DNA from: Thermoplasmata archaeon
GTDB lineage: Archaea > Thermoplasmatota > Thermoplasmata > Lutacidiplasmatales > UBA184
Direction: 5' to 3'
DNA: 64,000 bases
NCBI GenBank assembly: GCA_021798195.1
Contig: JAJZYH010000004.1
Coordinates: 8,095 to 72,094 of the forward strand
Below the pieces are notes generated by a model, which was not told the origin of the DNA, searched no databases, and saw nothing but the letters and a program-made list of their open reading frames with translations. Below, piece by piece: positions 18,294 through 27,223 of the stretch (within the stretch, counting starts at the first letter, position 1; each line of letters opens with the position of its first letter). The translations under genes were made by a program, and so were the position numbers.

Positions 18294-20888
18294 ATGGACG
18301 TTCACGAGTACGAGAACGAGTTCTTCTCCCGGAAGGGATTCCACCGGCAGGTCTGCTCCTCCTGCCACGAGGCGTTCTGGTCGGAGACCCCCCGGGAACG
18401 GTGCGCCGAGACGCCGTGCACGCCGTACTCGTTCGTGGGTAGCAGCCCCTTCCGGAAGTCCTACACCCTGGACGAGTTCCGGGAGTTCTACCTGGGATTC
18501 TTCGAGCAGCGGGGCCACGCGCGCATCCGGCGCTACCCGGTGGTCCCCCGGTGGCGGAACGACGTGATGTTCGTGCAGGCCTCCATCTACGATTTCCAGC
18601 CGTGGGTGACCTCGGGGGCCATGGAGCCCCCGGCGAACCCCCTCACCATCTCCCAACCCTGCCTGCGCTTCACGGACATCGAGAACGTGGGCGTCACCGG
18701 CCGCCACCTCACCGAGTTCGAGATGATGGCGCACCACGCCTTCAATCGCCCCGGCCACGAGGTCTACTTCAAGGCCCGTACCATCGAGCTCTGCCATGAG
18801 CTCCTGGTGAGCGAGCTGGGCGCCCCGGGGCCCGAGATCACCTACAAGGAGGAGCAATGGGAAGGGGGCGGGAACCTGGGCCCCTCGGTCTCCGTGGGGC
18901 TCCGGGGCCTCGAGGTGGCCACCCTGGTCTTCATGGAGTACGTCCGGGACGGGGACCACCTCAAACCCATGCCGCTCACCGTGGTGGACACGGGGTATGG
19001 CCTGGAGCGGTTCGTCTGGATGGCGCAGGGGACCCCCACCGTCTACGAGGCGATCTTCCCCGAGATCCTGGCGGAGCTCCCCTCCTCCCTCCCTCTCCCG
19101 GAGGCGGCGGTCCTCCTGGATCATGCCCGGAGCTTCCTGTTCATGTTCACCGACGGCGTGGTGCCTTCCAACGTCCGGGAGGGGTACCTGGCCCGCCTGC
19201 TCCTCCGGCGGATGCTGCGGATCCTCGCGAAGCGGCCGGAGGACCTCACCCTTCCGGACCTCGTGGATCGGGTGGCGTCCCGGCTCTCCCGCGCGTTCCC
19301 GGAGATCGGCGGGAATGTGCGCGGTTTGCACGAGGTCCTGTCCCTGGAGACCGAGCGGTTCCGGGAGGCACTGGACCGGGGCCGGCAGCAGGTGCGCCGG
19401 CTGGAAGCCCGGCGGACACGGGAAGGCGGGACGCTGGGGGTCGAGGACTTGGTGGAGCTCTACGACTCCTTCGGGATCCCTCCCGATGCCGTCCTCGAGG
19501 AGCTCCAGCATCCGGTCGCGGTGCCCCCGGACTTCTTCGCCCGGGTGGCCGCCCGGCACGAATCGGAACCCCCGGGAGGGGGCCTCGGGGGGGATGCCGA
19601 CTCCACCGCCCGGGGCGTCCCTGACCCCCCGCCCTCCCTGCCCGCCACGGAAGTGCTCTACTACACGGATCCCTACACCACCCGCTTCGAGGCGAAGGTC
19701 CTCTGGGCCATGGGACCCTTCCTCATCCTGGACCGTACCTACTTCTACCCCACGGGGGGCGGGCAGATCACCGACACGGGGACCATCCGGTCCGAGCCGG
19801 TGGTGGAGGTGATCCGGAAGGGGGGGTGGGTCTTCCACCGGTTGGAGCACGACCCCGCGGTCCCCTTGGGACCGGGAGAGATGGTCACGGGGATCATCGA
19901 CGCGGCGCGGCGCCGACAGCTCATGCAGCACCACACGGCCACTCATCTCCTCAACGGCGCGCTCCGACGGATCCTGGGCCCTCACGTGTGGCAGGCGGGA
20001 GCCTACAAGGGCCCGGAAGGGGCCCGGCTGGACGTCACCCACTACCGGGGCATCACCCCCGAGGAACTGCGGCAGGTGGAGCGCCTGGTGAACCAGGTGG
20101 TCCGGGAGGACCGGCCGGTCCGTAGCACGTTCCAGCCGCGGATGGAGGCCGAGGCCCGGTTCGGGTTCGGGCTCTACCAGGGAGGTGCCGTGCCGGGAAA
20201 GGTCCTGCGCATCGTGGAGATCGAGGATTTCGACGTGGAGGCCTGCGGAGGAACCCACTGCACGCGCACGGGGGAGGTGGGATTCGTGAAGGTGTTCTCC
20301 ACGGAGCGGATCCAGGATGGGATGGTCCGCCTCCATTTCGCGGCGGGGGATCGCGCGCTGGAGGTGGTGGACCAGCACGAGGGCATTCTCCGCGAGCTTT
20401 CCCAGCGGCTCGCCGCTCCCGTGGACGGGCTCCCGGAAGCCATCACGCGTCTGGAAGAGCGCCTCAAAGCGGCCCAGAGGACGGCCCGGAGCGCGGGAGC
20501 CGAGGATGTGAAGGAGATCGCCCGGACCCTCCGGGGGTCCCCGGAGCACATGCGGACGCTCTCCGGTGGGACCCACGCGGCCGTCGTGGCCCGGGTGGCG
20601 CTGGGCCGGGAGGGGCTCAAGGAGCTGGCCCGGGACCTCACCTCCGACGGCAAGGGAGTGGCCCTCCTCGCCGGAGAGGACTCGTCGGGTTCCGCCTACC
20701 TTTTCTTCGCGTCGGGGGACCCGAAGCGCTACTCGGCGAAGGGACTGCTCCAGGCCGCCCTCGAAGTGTGGCGGGGACGGGGAGGCGGGAACGATTCCGC
20801 CGCCACCGCCAGCGGCCCCGGGGGCCCGGATGTGGACCGGGCCCTCGAAGCGGCCTGGACGAGGGTGAGGGACGGACGCAACCCCTGA
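18294..20888 (+). CDS. alaS: Alanyl-tRNA synthetase, archaeal type
   Basis: ASIYDFQPWVT, FEMMAHH, VDTGYGLER, HHTATH, ACGGTH editing domain, GRGGG tail. Confidence 0.97.
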   Translation: MDVHEYENEFFSRKGFHRQVCSSCHEAFWSETPRERCAETPCTPYSFVGSSPFRKSYTLDEFREFYLGFFEQRGHARIRRYPVVPRWRNDVMFVQASIYDFQPWVTSGAMEPPANPLTISQPCLRFTDIENVGVTGRHLTEFEMMAHHAFNRPGHEVYFKARTIELCHELLVSELGAPGPEITYKEEQWEGGGNLGPSVSVGLRGLEVATLVFMEYVRDGDHLKPMPLTVVDTGYGLERFVWMAQGTPTVYEAIFPEILAELPSSLPLPEAAVLLDHARSFLFMFTDGVVPSNVREGYLARLLLRRMLRILAKRPEDLTLPDLVDRVASRLSRAFPEIGGNVRGLHEVLSLETERFREALDRGRQQVRRLEARRTREGGTLGVEDLVELYDSFGIPPDAVLEELQHPVAVPPDFFARVAARHESEPPGGGLGGDADSTARGVPDPPPSLPATEVLYYTDPYTTRFEAKVLWAMGPFLILDRTYFYPTGGGQITDTGTIRSEPVVEVIRKGGWVFHRLEHDPAVPLGPGEMVTGIIDAARRRQLMQHHTATHLLNGALRRILGPHVWQAGAYKGPEGARLDVTHYRGITPEELRQVERLVNQVVREDRPVRSTFQPRMEAEARFGFGLYQGGAVPGKVLRIVEIEDFDVEACGGTHCTRTGEVGFVKVFSTERIQDGMVRLHFAAGDRALEVVDQHEGILRELSQRLAAPVDGLPEAITRLEERLKAAQRTARSAGAEDVKEIARTLRGSPEHMRTLSGGTHAAVVARVALGREGLKELARDLTSDGKGVALLAGEDSSGSAYLFFASGDPKRYSAKGLLQAALEVWRGRGGGNDSAATASGPGGPDVDRALEAAWTRVRDGRNP

Positions 20889-21188
20889 GGGCACGCCGGG
20901 CGGACGCGGAAGGCACCCACATCCATACGGACCGGGAGGTGACCTCCGAGGGCTGGAAGGCCACGATGGCCTTTGGGCGGGGTTCCCGCGGGGCCCGGAT
21001 GAGCCCTCCGGGGGGATCGGGGGCTCCCAGCGGACCCCGTGGGATCAGTATCCGTGTGGATGCCTGCGGGAGCCTCGCACCGGGCTCGCCCGGCCCCTCA
21101 AGATTCCGAAGTGGAGTCCCGGCGACCCCCAAGCTTATAAGAGGGCCTTTCCCTTGGAAACGTATCGGCTCTTCGGAGTATTCCCGAA

Positions 21189-22733
21189 ATGGAAGCCAAC
21201 ACGCGTCAGAACCTCGGAATGCCCCCCGAGGTCATTGATTTTCTCAATGGACGTGGGGGCCGGTCCCTCATCGTCAAGGGAGGGGCCGGGACCGGAAAGA
21301 CGACCTTCGGCCTGGAGCTCCTGGAGAAGCTGGGACGCCCCGGACAGAGCTTCTACCTCTCCACCCGGGTCTCCGATGACGCGCTGTACCGGCAGTTCCC
21401 GTGGCTCCGCGGAACCGAGATGCGGGCCCGCATCTTCGACGCGGGGAAGATGTTCCTGGAGACGCTCATGGCGCGGGAACGGGAAGTTCCCACCGAACCG
21501 CCCGCAGAGGTCAAGGAGAAGATCTCCACGGCCCGGGATTTCCTCAAGAGCATCGGACAGGAGCAGGCCCCCCCCACCAAGGTGGACCGGACCCAGCTCA
21601 CCGCGCTCCTCAAGCACACCCGGATGCCCGAGGTGGAGCACATGTACGACCGGGTCGAGGGCGTGCTCCCCGAGAAGGCGCTCCTCGTGGTGGACTCCCT
21701 CGAGGGGGTGACGCACAAGTACGGACTCGAGATGGAAGAGTTCGTGATGTGCCTGCAGAAGGACCTCGCGGAGAACTCCAACACCAACGTGGTGATGATC
21801 CTGGAGAAACCCGAGGCCGGAGGGATCGAATACCTCGTGGACGGTCTCCTCTCGTTCTCCCGGGAGGAATGGGAGGAGCGCCGGGTCCGGCACATGCGGC
21901 TCGACAAGCTCCGGGCCACCGCGATCCCAAGGCCCCGGTATGCGGTCACCCTGGCGGGGGGCCGCTTCCAGGCCCTGGGCATCTCCAACCAGCGGGTCAC
22001 CACCGGCCCCGCGAGCACTCCGTGGACTTCGGTACGGGACCCTCCTCGCTACTATTCCACGGGGATCCCCGACTTCGATTCCCTCCTGGGCGGCGGCTAC
22101 CAGACGGGCTCCTACAACGGGTTCGAGATCGACGTGAACGTCTCCATCGACGACTATTACCTCCTGTTCGTGCCCGCCTTCCTGAACTTCCTGTCGCAGG
22201 GACGGGGGATCATGGGGATCCTCGCGGGCGGCGAGTCGCCGGAACGGCTCCGGCAGATCCTCACGGCGTACATCCCCCCCGAAACGTTCGACAACCGGGT
22301 CCGCTTCACCGATTATTTCAACACCGAGAGTTCCCTGCCGTACGTCCTCCCGTTGGGTCGGGTGGGCCGGGAGGATGCCATCCGGACCCTTTCGGTGGCC
22401 GACCGCGCCGTCCGGGGGGCGGATCAGAAGCCCATCATGGAGTATACCGCGTTCGACACTCTGGAGTACCTCCAGGGGGACGCCCCGGCCATCCGCGGCC
22501 TGTTCATCGGGATGGAACGGACCAAGCTCCGGGGAGACGTGGGGATCGGTCTCCTGAAGCCCGGGCTCGTGGTAACGAGCGAGATCATCAACATGATGGA
22601 TACGTACTTCCGGGTCGTGAAGATCGACAACAGTCCATGCATCTACGGGATCCGGCCCCGGACGATGATCTACTCCATTTCCATCGACTCCCGCAAGGGG
22701 GTACCGTACACCACCCTCACCCCCATCGTCTAG
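21189..22733 (+). CDS. GvpD/KaiC-like RecA-superfamily ATPase with two domains
   Basis: SLIVKGGAGTGKTT, YLSTRVS, LVVDSLE, EYLVDG, LDKLRA, YSTGIPDFDSLLGGG. Confidence 0.8.
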   Translation: MEANTRQNLGMPPEVIDFLNGRGGRSLIVKGGAGTGKTTFGLELLEKLGRPGQSFYLSTRVSDDALYRQFPWLRGTEMRARIFDAGKMFLETLMAREREVPTEPPAEVKEKISTARDFLKSIGQEQAPPTKVDRTQLTALLKHTRMPEVEHMYDRVEGVLPEKALLVVDSLEGVTHKYGLEMEEFVMCLQKDLAENSNTNVVMILEKPEAGGIEYLVDGLLSFSREEWEERRVRHMRLDKLRATAIPRPRYAVTLAGGRFQALGISNQRVTTGPASTPWTSVRDPPRYYSTGIPDFDSLLGGGYQTGSYNGFEIDVNVSIDDYYLLFVPAFLNFLSQGRGIMGILAGGESPERLRQILTAYIPPETFDNRVRFTDYFNTESSLPYVLPLGRVGREDAIRTLSVADRAVRGADQKPIMEYTAFDTLEYLQGDAPAIRGLFIGMERTKLRGDVGIGLLKPGLVVTSEIINMMDTYFRVVKIDNSPCIYGIRPRTMIYSISIDSRKGVPYTTLTPIV

Positions 22734-23182
22734 GGAAGCGCCCGCCGGCGGGCGGGGGCTCCCCGGCGAGGGGGTGCTACGATGGCGTCGGCCTCGATCT
22801 CCACCCGCATGGCGGGATCGATGAGCCGGGAGACCTCCACCATGGTGGTGACCGGCGGGTGGGCTCCGAAGAACTCCCGGTGGGCACGTCCGATCTCCTT
22901 CCAGTCCTCGATCCGCGTCACGTACATGCGGGTCCGGACCACATCCCGGAGGCTCGCCCCCAACCGCCCGAGGGCGCTCTTTAGGTTCGTGAGGGCCCGG
23001 AACGCCTGGCGGTAGGGGTCCCCCTCGCCCTCCACCGACCCATCCGGTCCGGTGGCCGTGGTGCCGGACACAAAGACGAAGCGGCCCACCCGGAGGGCAC
23101 GGCAATACCCCACGGCATCCTCCCAGGGGGTACCGCTCGCGACCCTCCGGACCCGCGAAGGAAAGCGCGGTGGACGGGTCAT
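22730..23182 (-). CDS. RidA/YjgF family protein
   Basis: SGTPWEDAVGYCRA, FVSGTT, DVVRTRMYV, VEIEADA. Confidence 0.9.
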   Translation of the reverse strand: MTRPPRFPSRVRRVASGTPWEDAVGYCRALRVGRFVFVSGTTATGPDGSVEGEGDPYRQAFRALTNLKSALGRLGASLRDVVRTRMYVTRIEDWKEIGRAHREFFGAHPPVTTMVEVSRLIDPAMRVEIEADAIVAPPRRGAPARRRALP

Positions 23183-23215
23183 GGTCCGCGGGGATGTACG
23201 GGACAGGAAAAGGGT

Positions 23216-23524
23216 TCAGGGGGTCCGCGATCGGGCCCGCGACCTCCGGGCCTGGATCCGGATCGATTCCCGGATGAGCCATCGAGCGAGGGAGGCCGCC
23301 TGGCGTTGGGGGATCCCCCAACCGGATAGGCTCTGGATCCAGCGCATCACCACCTTCTCCTCCACCCCATGGTCGCGAAGGGGGAGCCCTTGGTCCTGCT
23401 TCATCCGCCCGATGGCCACGGCGAGCCGGAGGCGCCGGAAGAGAGCTCGCTGCAACTCCCGGTCGACGCGGGCCACCTCGCCCCGCAAGCGGCAGATCTC
23501 CGAAACGGAACCCGGACGGCTCAT
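23216..23524 (-). CDS. Chorismate mutase type II (AroQ)-like
   Basis: LRGEVARVDREL...RRLRLAVAIGRMK...LRDHGVE...ESIRIQ. Confidence 0.75.
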   Translation of the reverse strand: MSRPGSVSEICRLRGEVARVDRELQRALFRRLRLAVAIGRMKQDQGLPLRDHGVEEKVVMRWIQSLSGWGIPQRQAASLARWLIRESIRIQARRSRARSRTP

Positions 23525-23880
23525 GGCCCGGAGTTCCTCCCCGGGGGATGCGGGGCGTTGAACAAGCTAGACGCTTCGCTGAACATGGAACAGGGCGGGC
23601 CCCTACGTGAGGTGGCCCGCCGTCAGGGATATCGAGCCCCGAGGCACGCTCCGGTGGATTCCGGAAGGGATCCAGGGCGCACCATGGGTACGGGTCAGGG
23701 AGGGGGGCTCCCATATTCATCCTTTTTGGGAGGGTGCACATAGGGGTGGGCGGGGTTTGCGTACCGGAACGTCGTACAGAGTTGGGGATCGCGATCCAAC
23801 GGGGGATCCGGCGAAAGTTTGTCGACGTGAACCCGGCAAGAAAGGAAAGACTAAGTGCGTCCGGGGCATAGGCCCCACCC

Positions 23881-24150
23881 ATGGTGGATTCATCGGTATC
23901 CAATGGAATGCGTTGGTTGCCCACCGTTTTGGCCTTCACCGTAGGGATCGCGATCCTTGCGGTGGGTGCCTACCTGCTCGTGGAGTCGATGTGGCTCTTG
24001 TCCGCAGGCGATGTCAACGCAGGCAACTTCCTGGGGCCCATCGGATTCATCTCCCTGGTCCTTGGAGGGGCCATCGCAGTGGCCTCCCTGGTGAACTCCC
24101 TCCAGGTACGGCGGAAGTATCTCTCCGGACCGGCCGACACACCGACTTGA
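23881..24150 (+). CDS. Small two-TM membrane protein
   Basis: Two clear hydrophobic segments in 89 aa. Confidence 0.65.
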   Translation: MVDSSVSNGMRWLPTVLAFTVGIAILAVGAYLLVESMWLLSAGDVNAGNFLGPIGFISLVLGGAIAVASLVNSLQVRRKYLSGPADTPT

Positions 24151-24408
24151 ACCGCCCCCATTCAGACGGGCCCCCGGATCCCGGCCCGTTCCGTCACGTG
24201 GGCGCCATTGGGCCACAGGCATCCCGAAGTGCGCGGTATCCACCGGGTTGAGCGGGAAGCAAGCGATGACCGGGCTCCGGTACGTGCGGAAGTGAGTCTC
24301 AGGGAGGGACCGGGTTTCAACGGCGCGGAGGATCCAAGAGGATTGCCCGTCCTCTCCCTCCGATCCATCTCCGACGACCTTTTAGCCCCCCCGGGGCGTG
24401 CGCGGGCC

Positions 24409-24873
24409 ATGCCGAAGGTGGAAGATCTCTTCTGGGCCACCGGTGGAATGCTTCGGCATGGGAGATCCCGCGGCGCTCTTGTCCCCGATACGGTGGAGGT
24501 CCGGAAGGATACCACGGCTATCCGACCCCTTCCCCCGGGGGGCGAAGGGATTTCCGTCCAACCCCCCGGGAATTTTTTCCCCCGGATGGCGGGTCTCCCC
24601 GAGCCATTTCGCGGGGTGGCGATGGCAGGGAATCGGGTGCGGAGGCCATCGGAGGAAGTGCTGCTCCTCCGAGGACCGGGCCTGGGAATCCGACCAGCCG
24701 CCCTCGAGACATCCCGGGATTTGCTCGGGTCGACGTTCGCCCTGGAACGGGGGCTGGACGGGACACGAACGGCGGAGATACCGGTCTCCAGAGATTCCCG
24801 GGCTCGTCGGATTGGACGGAGGAATGGACCAGGGGCGTGCTCCAAGAGCCGGACGGGGGGCCGCGGAAGATGA
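24409..24873 (+). pseudogene. Possible decayed GMP synthase glutamine amidotransferase subunit
   Basis: CTTTTA box ~25 nt upstream; stop overlaps the guaAB start (ATGA); faint GATase-like segments (AGLPEPFR, RVRRPSEEVLLL, LLGSTFALE); no catalytic Cys motif. Confidence 0.35.
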
Positions 24874-25823
24874 TGGATCCGGCTCGGTTCGTCTCCGAGG
24901 CGGTGGAGGCCGTGCGCGCCGCGGTGCCGGAACCCCACCGGGCCCTCGTGGCGGCCTCGGGTGGGATCGACAGCACCGTGGCCGCGGTGATCGCGCACCG
25001 GGCGCTGGGCACCCGGGCGGTGGCCCTGTTCGTGGACACGGGCCTCCTGCGCAAGGGGGAGGCGGCCCGGACGGCGGAGATCTTCTCGGAGGTGGGAGTT
25101 CCCTACCGGATCGTTCCGGCGGCTCCCCGCTTCTTTTCGGCCCTCGCGGGCATCCTGGACCCCGAACGGAAGCGGAGGGCCATCGGGGAAGCGTTCATCC
25201 GGGTCTTCGAGGCGGAGGCGGCCACGGAGAAGGCGGATTTCCTGGTGCAGGGGACCATCGCACCGGACTGGATCGAGAGCGGGGGGAGCCTGAGGGACAC
25301 CATCAAAACGCATCACAATGTGGGAGGGCTGCCGGCCACGATGAGCCTCAAGGTGGTGGAACCGCTCCGGGACCTCTACAAGGACGAGGTCCGGAGCGTG
25401 GCCGCCCACCTGGGGATACCCCGCTCGGACCGGCAGCCGTTCCCGGGCCCCGGGCTCGCGGTCCGGGTGGCGGGGGAGGTCAGTCCTCCCCGGGTGGAGA
25501 TCGTACGGGAAGCCGGCGCCATCGTGGAGGAGGAAGTGGATCGGGGGGTTACCCAGGGGGCGTTCCCACGTCCCTGGCAGTACTTCGCGGTCCTCCTGCC
25601 CGTCCAGACGGTGGGCGTGACGGGGGATTCCCGGCGCGTGGGGGAGGTGATCTCGGTCCGTGTGGTGACCAGCCGGGATGCGATGACCGCCACCTTCACC
25701 GAGCTCCCCTACGACCTGCTGCGACGGATCTCGGAACGGATCACCCGGGAGGTCGCCGGGCGGGTGGTCCGCGTCCTGTATGACGTCACGGACAAACCTC
25801 CGGCGACCATCGAGTGGGAATGA
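24870..25823 (+). CDS. guaAB: GMP synthase subunit B (ATPPase)
   Basis: ASGGIDSTV, VQGTIAPDWIES, IKTHHNVGGLP, LYKDEVR, PFPGPGL, KPPATIEWE. Confidence 0.95.
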   Translation: MMDPARFVSEAVEAVRAAVPEPHRALVAASGGIDSTVAAVIAHRALGTRAVALFVDTGLLRKGEAARTAEIFSEVGVPYRIVPAAPRFFSALAGILDPERKRRAIGEAFIRVFEAEAATEKADFLVQGTIAPDWIESGGSLRDTIKTHHNVGGLPATMSLKVVEPLRDLYKDEVRSVAAHLGIPRSDRQPFPGPGLAVRVAGEVSPPRVEIVREAGAIVEEEVDRGVTQGAFPRPWQYFAVLLPVQTVGVTGDSRRVGEVISVRVVTSRDAMTATFTELPYDLLRRISERITREVAGRVVRVLYDVTDKPPATIEWE

Positions 25824-25929
25824 ACCGCGGAGATGGGCCCGGAGACCCCGGCCTCAGCCTTGGACCAAGATTTAAGAGGCATGGCGCACCCATCCTGGTA
25901 GCACAGGGGTCGAGAGGCCCGTTGCGCCC

Positions 25930-26847
25930 ATGAGCGATGAAGTAGTCCCCGGGGCGGTCTGCCCCGGTTGCGGATCCCGTCGGGCGGTCCAGGATGGGCG
26001 GACCGGAGAGCGCCTTTGCCCCCATTGTGGATACGTCCTGGATCCCGTTGCGCTGGACACCGGCCCGTCGTTCCCCCGCGGGGCGGTCACCGGGGAGCCC
26101 GCCTCCGGACACGGTCCGGGCCAGGCCCCGTATTCCCCCCGCCGCCCCGAGGGGACCGTCTTCCACGGGAGCCGGGACGGGCAGGGACACGTCCTTTCGT
26201 CCGCGCGGCAACGGGAGTTCCAGATCCTCCGGCGCCGGGAACGGGAAGGGGAGCACCGCCGCATGCACCACCCCGGGACGAGCCAGAGGGGGCAGCAGAT
26301 CGTGCACCAACTGGTGCTGACCATGGCGCTCCCCGAGCTCATCGAGGAAGCGGCGCTCCTGGTCCTTCGGAAGGGGGGCGAGTCCCATCTCTTCCGGGGT
26401 CGCTCCGCGTCCGCGGCGGCGGCGGCGAGCGTATACGCCGCGTGCCGCCGCTACTCCCTGCCCACCACGTGGACGGAGATCTCCCGGGCGGCGGGGATCA
26501 GCCGCGCCGACTTCGGGCGGGCCTACATGGCGCTGCGGCGCGGGCTGAACCTGGACCTGCCCCCCGTGGGGCTCGGGAGCTACGTCCGCCGGTTCTCCAC
26601 CGAACTCAAGCTCTCCGCCACGACCACCGGACGGGCGCTCCACATGGTGAACTCGGCGAACGGGCATCCGGATTCCTCGGGCATCTCCCCCAATGGCCTC
26701 GTGGGCGCCGCCCTCTACATGGCCAGCATGGAATGCCGGGAACCGCGCCGCCAATCGGAGGTGGCCCGGGTGGCCCAGGTCACCGACGTGACGCTGCGGC
26801 ATGCCTTCCGTCGCCTGGCCAAGATCCTGGGGAAGGGACCCGGGTAA
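25930..26847 (+). CDS. tfb: Transcription initiation factor IIB, divergent paralogue
   Basis: Zn ribbon CPGC...CPHCG; two cyclin repeats (FRGRS..AAASVYAACR; GISPNGLVGAALY; QSEVARVAQVTDVTLR). Confidence 0.88.
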   Translation: MSDEVVPGAVCPGCGSRRAVQDGRTGERLCPHCGYVLDPVALDTGPSFPRGAVTGEPASGHGPGQAPYSPRRPEGTVFHGSRDGQGHVLSSARQREFQILRRREREGEHRRMHHPGTSQRGQQIVHQLVLTMALPELIEEAALLVLRKGGESHLFRGRSASAAAAASVYAACRRYSLPTTWTEISRAAGISRADFGRAYMALRRGLNLDLPPVGLGSYVRRFSTELKLSATTTGRALHMVNSANGHPDSSGISPNGLVGAALYMASMECREPRRQSEVARVAQVTDVTLRHAFRRLAKILGKGPG

Positions 26848-26871
26848 GGTGAGCCCCTCCCGGCGCGTCCC

Positions 26872-27090
26872 ATGCCCGAACCGGAGACCGTCTCGGTGAA
26901 GATCCCCCGGGACCTCGCGGCGCGCCTTGAGGGACGCATCGCAGCCACGGCCTTCCGGAACCTGGACGAGTTCGTGGCGTATGCCCTGGCCCGCCTCGCG
27001 GAAGGAGATCCCAAGGACGGGGAAGCGCTGAGCCCCGAGGACGAACGGAGGGTCAAGGAGCATCTCCGGGCGCTGGGCTATCTCGATTGA
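26872..27090 (+). CDS. CopG/ribbon-helix-helix small protein
   Basis: TVSVKIPRDLAARL...FRNLDEFVAYAL; C-terminal VKEHLRALGYLD. Confidence 0.8.
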   Translation: MPEPETVSVKIPRDLAARLEGRIAATAFRNLDEFVAYALARLAEGDPKDGEALSPEDERRVKEHLRALGYLD

Positions 27091-27223
27091 CCCGATGGCG
27101 GGAGGGAACGGGTTCGGGGAGGCGAGGACGGATGTGCGGGGGTTGGGCTCCCACAATCCATCGCCCGTGGGACACGGGGCGTAGCCTCAGAGAAGGGGCC
27201 CCCCCCGGAGGAGGCGATCCGCC

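Noticed and set aside
11982-22733. Gas vesicle cluster
   Set aside because: Only GvpD-like ATPases are present; no gvpA/J/N-type genes in the window.
23525-24408. RNase P RNA or SRP RNA
   Set aside because: Could not find the conserved RNase P P4 sequences or the SRP helix 8 motif.
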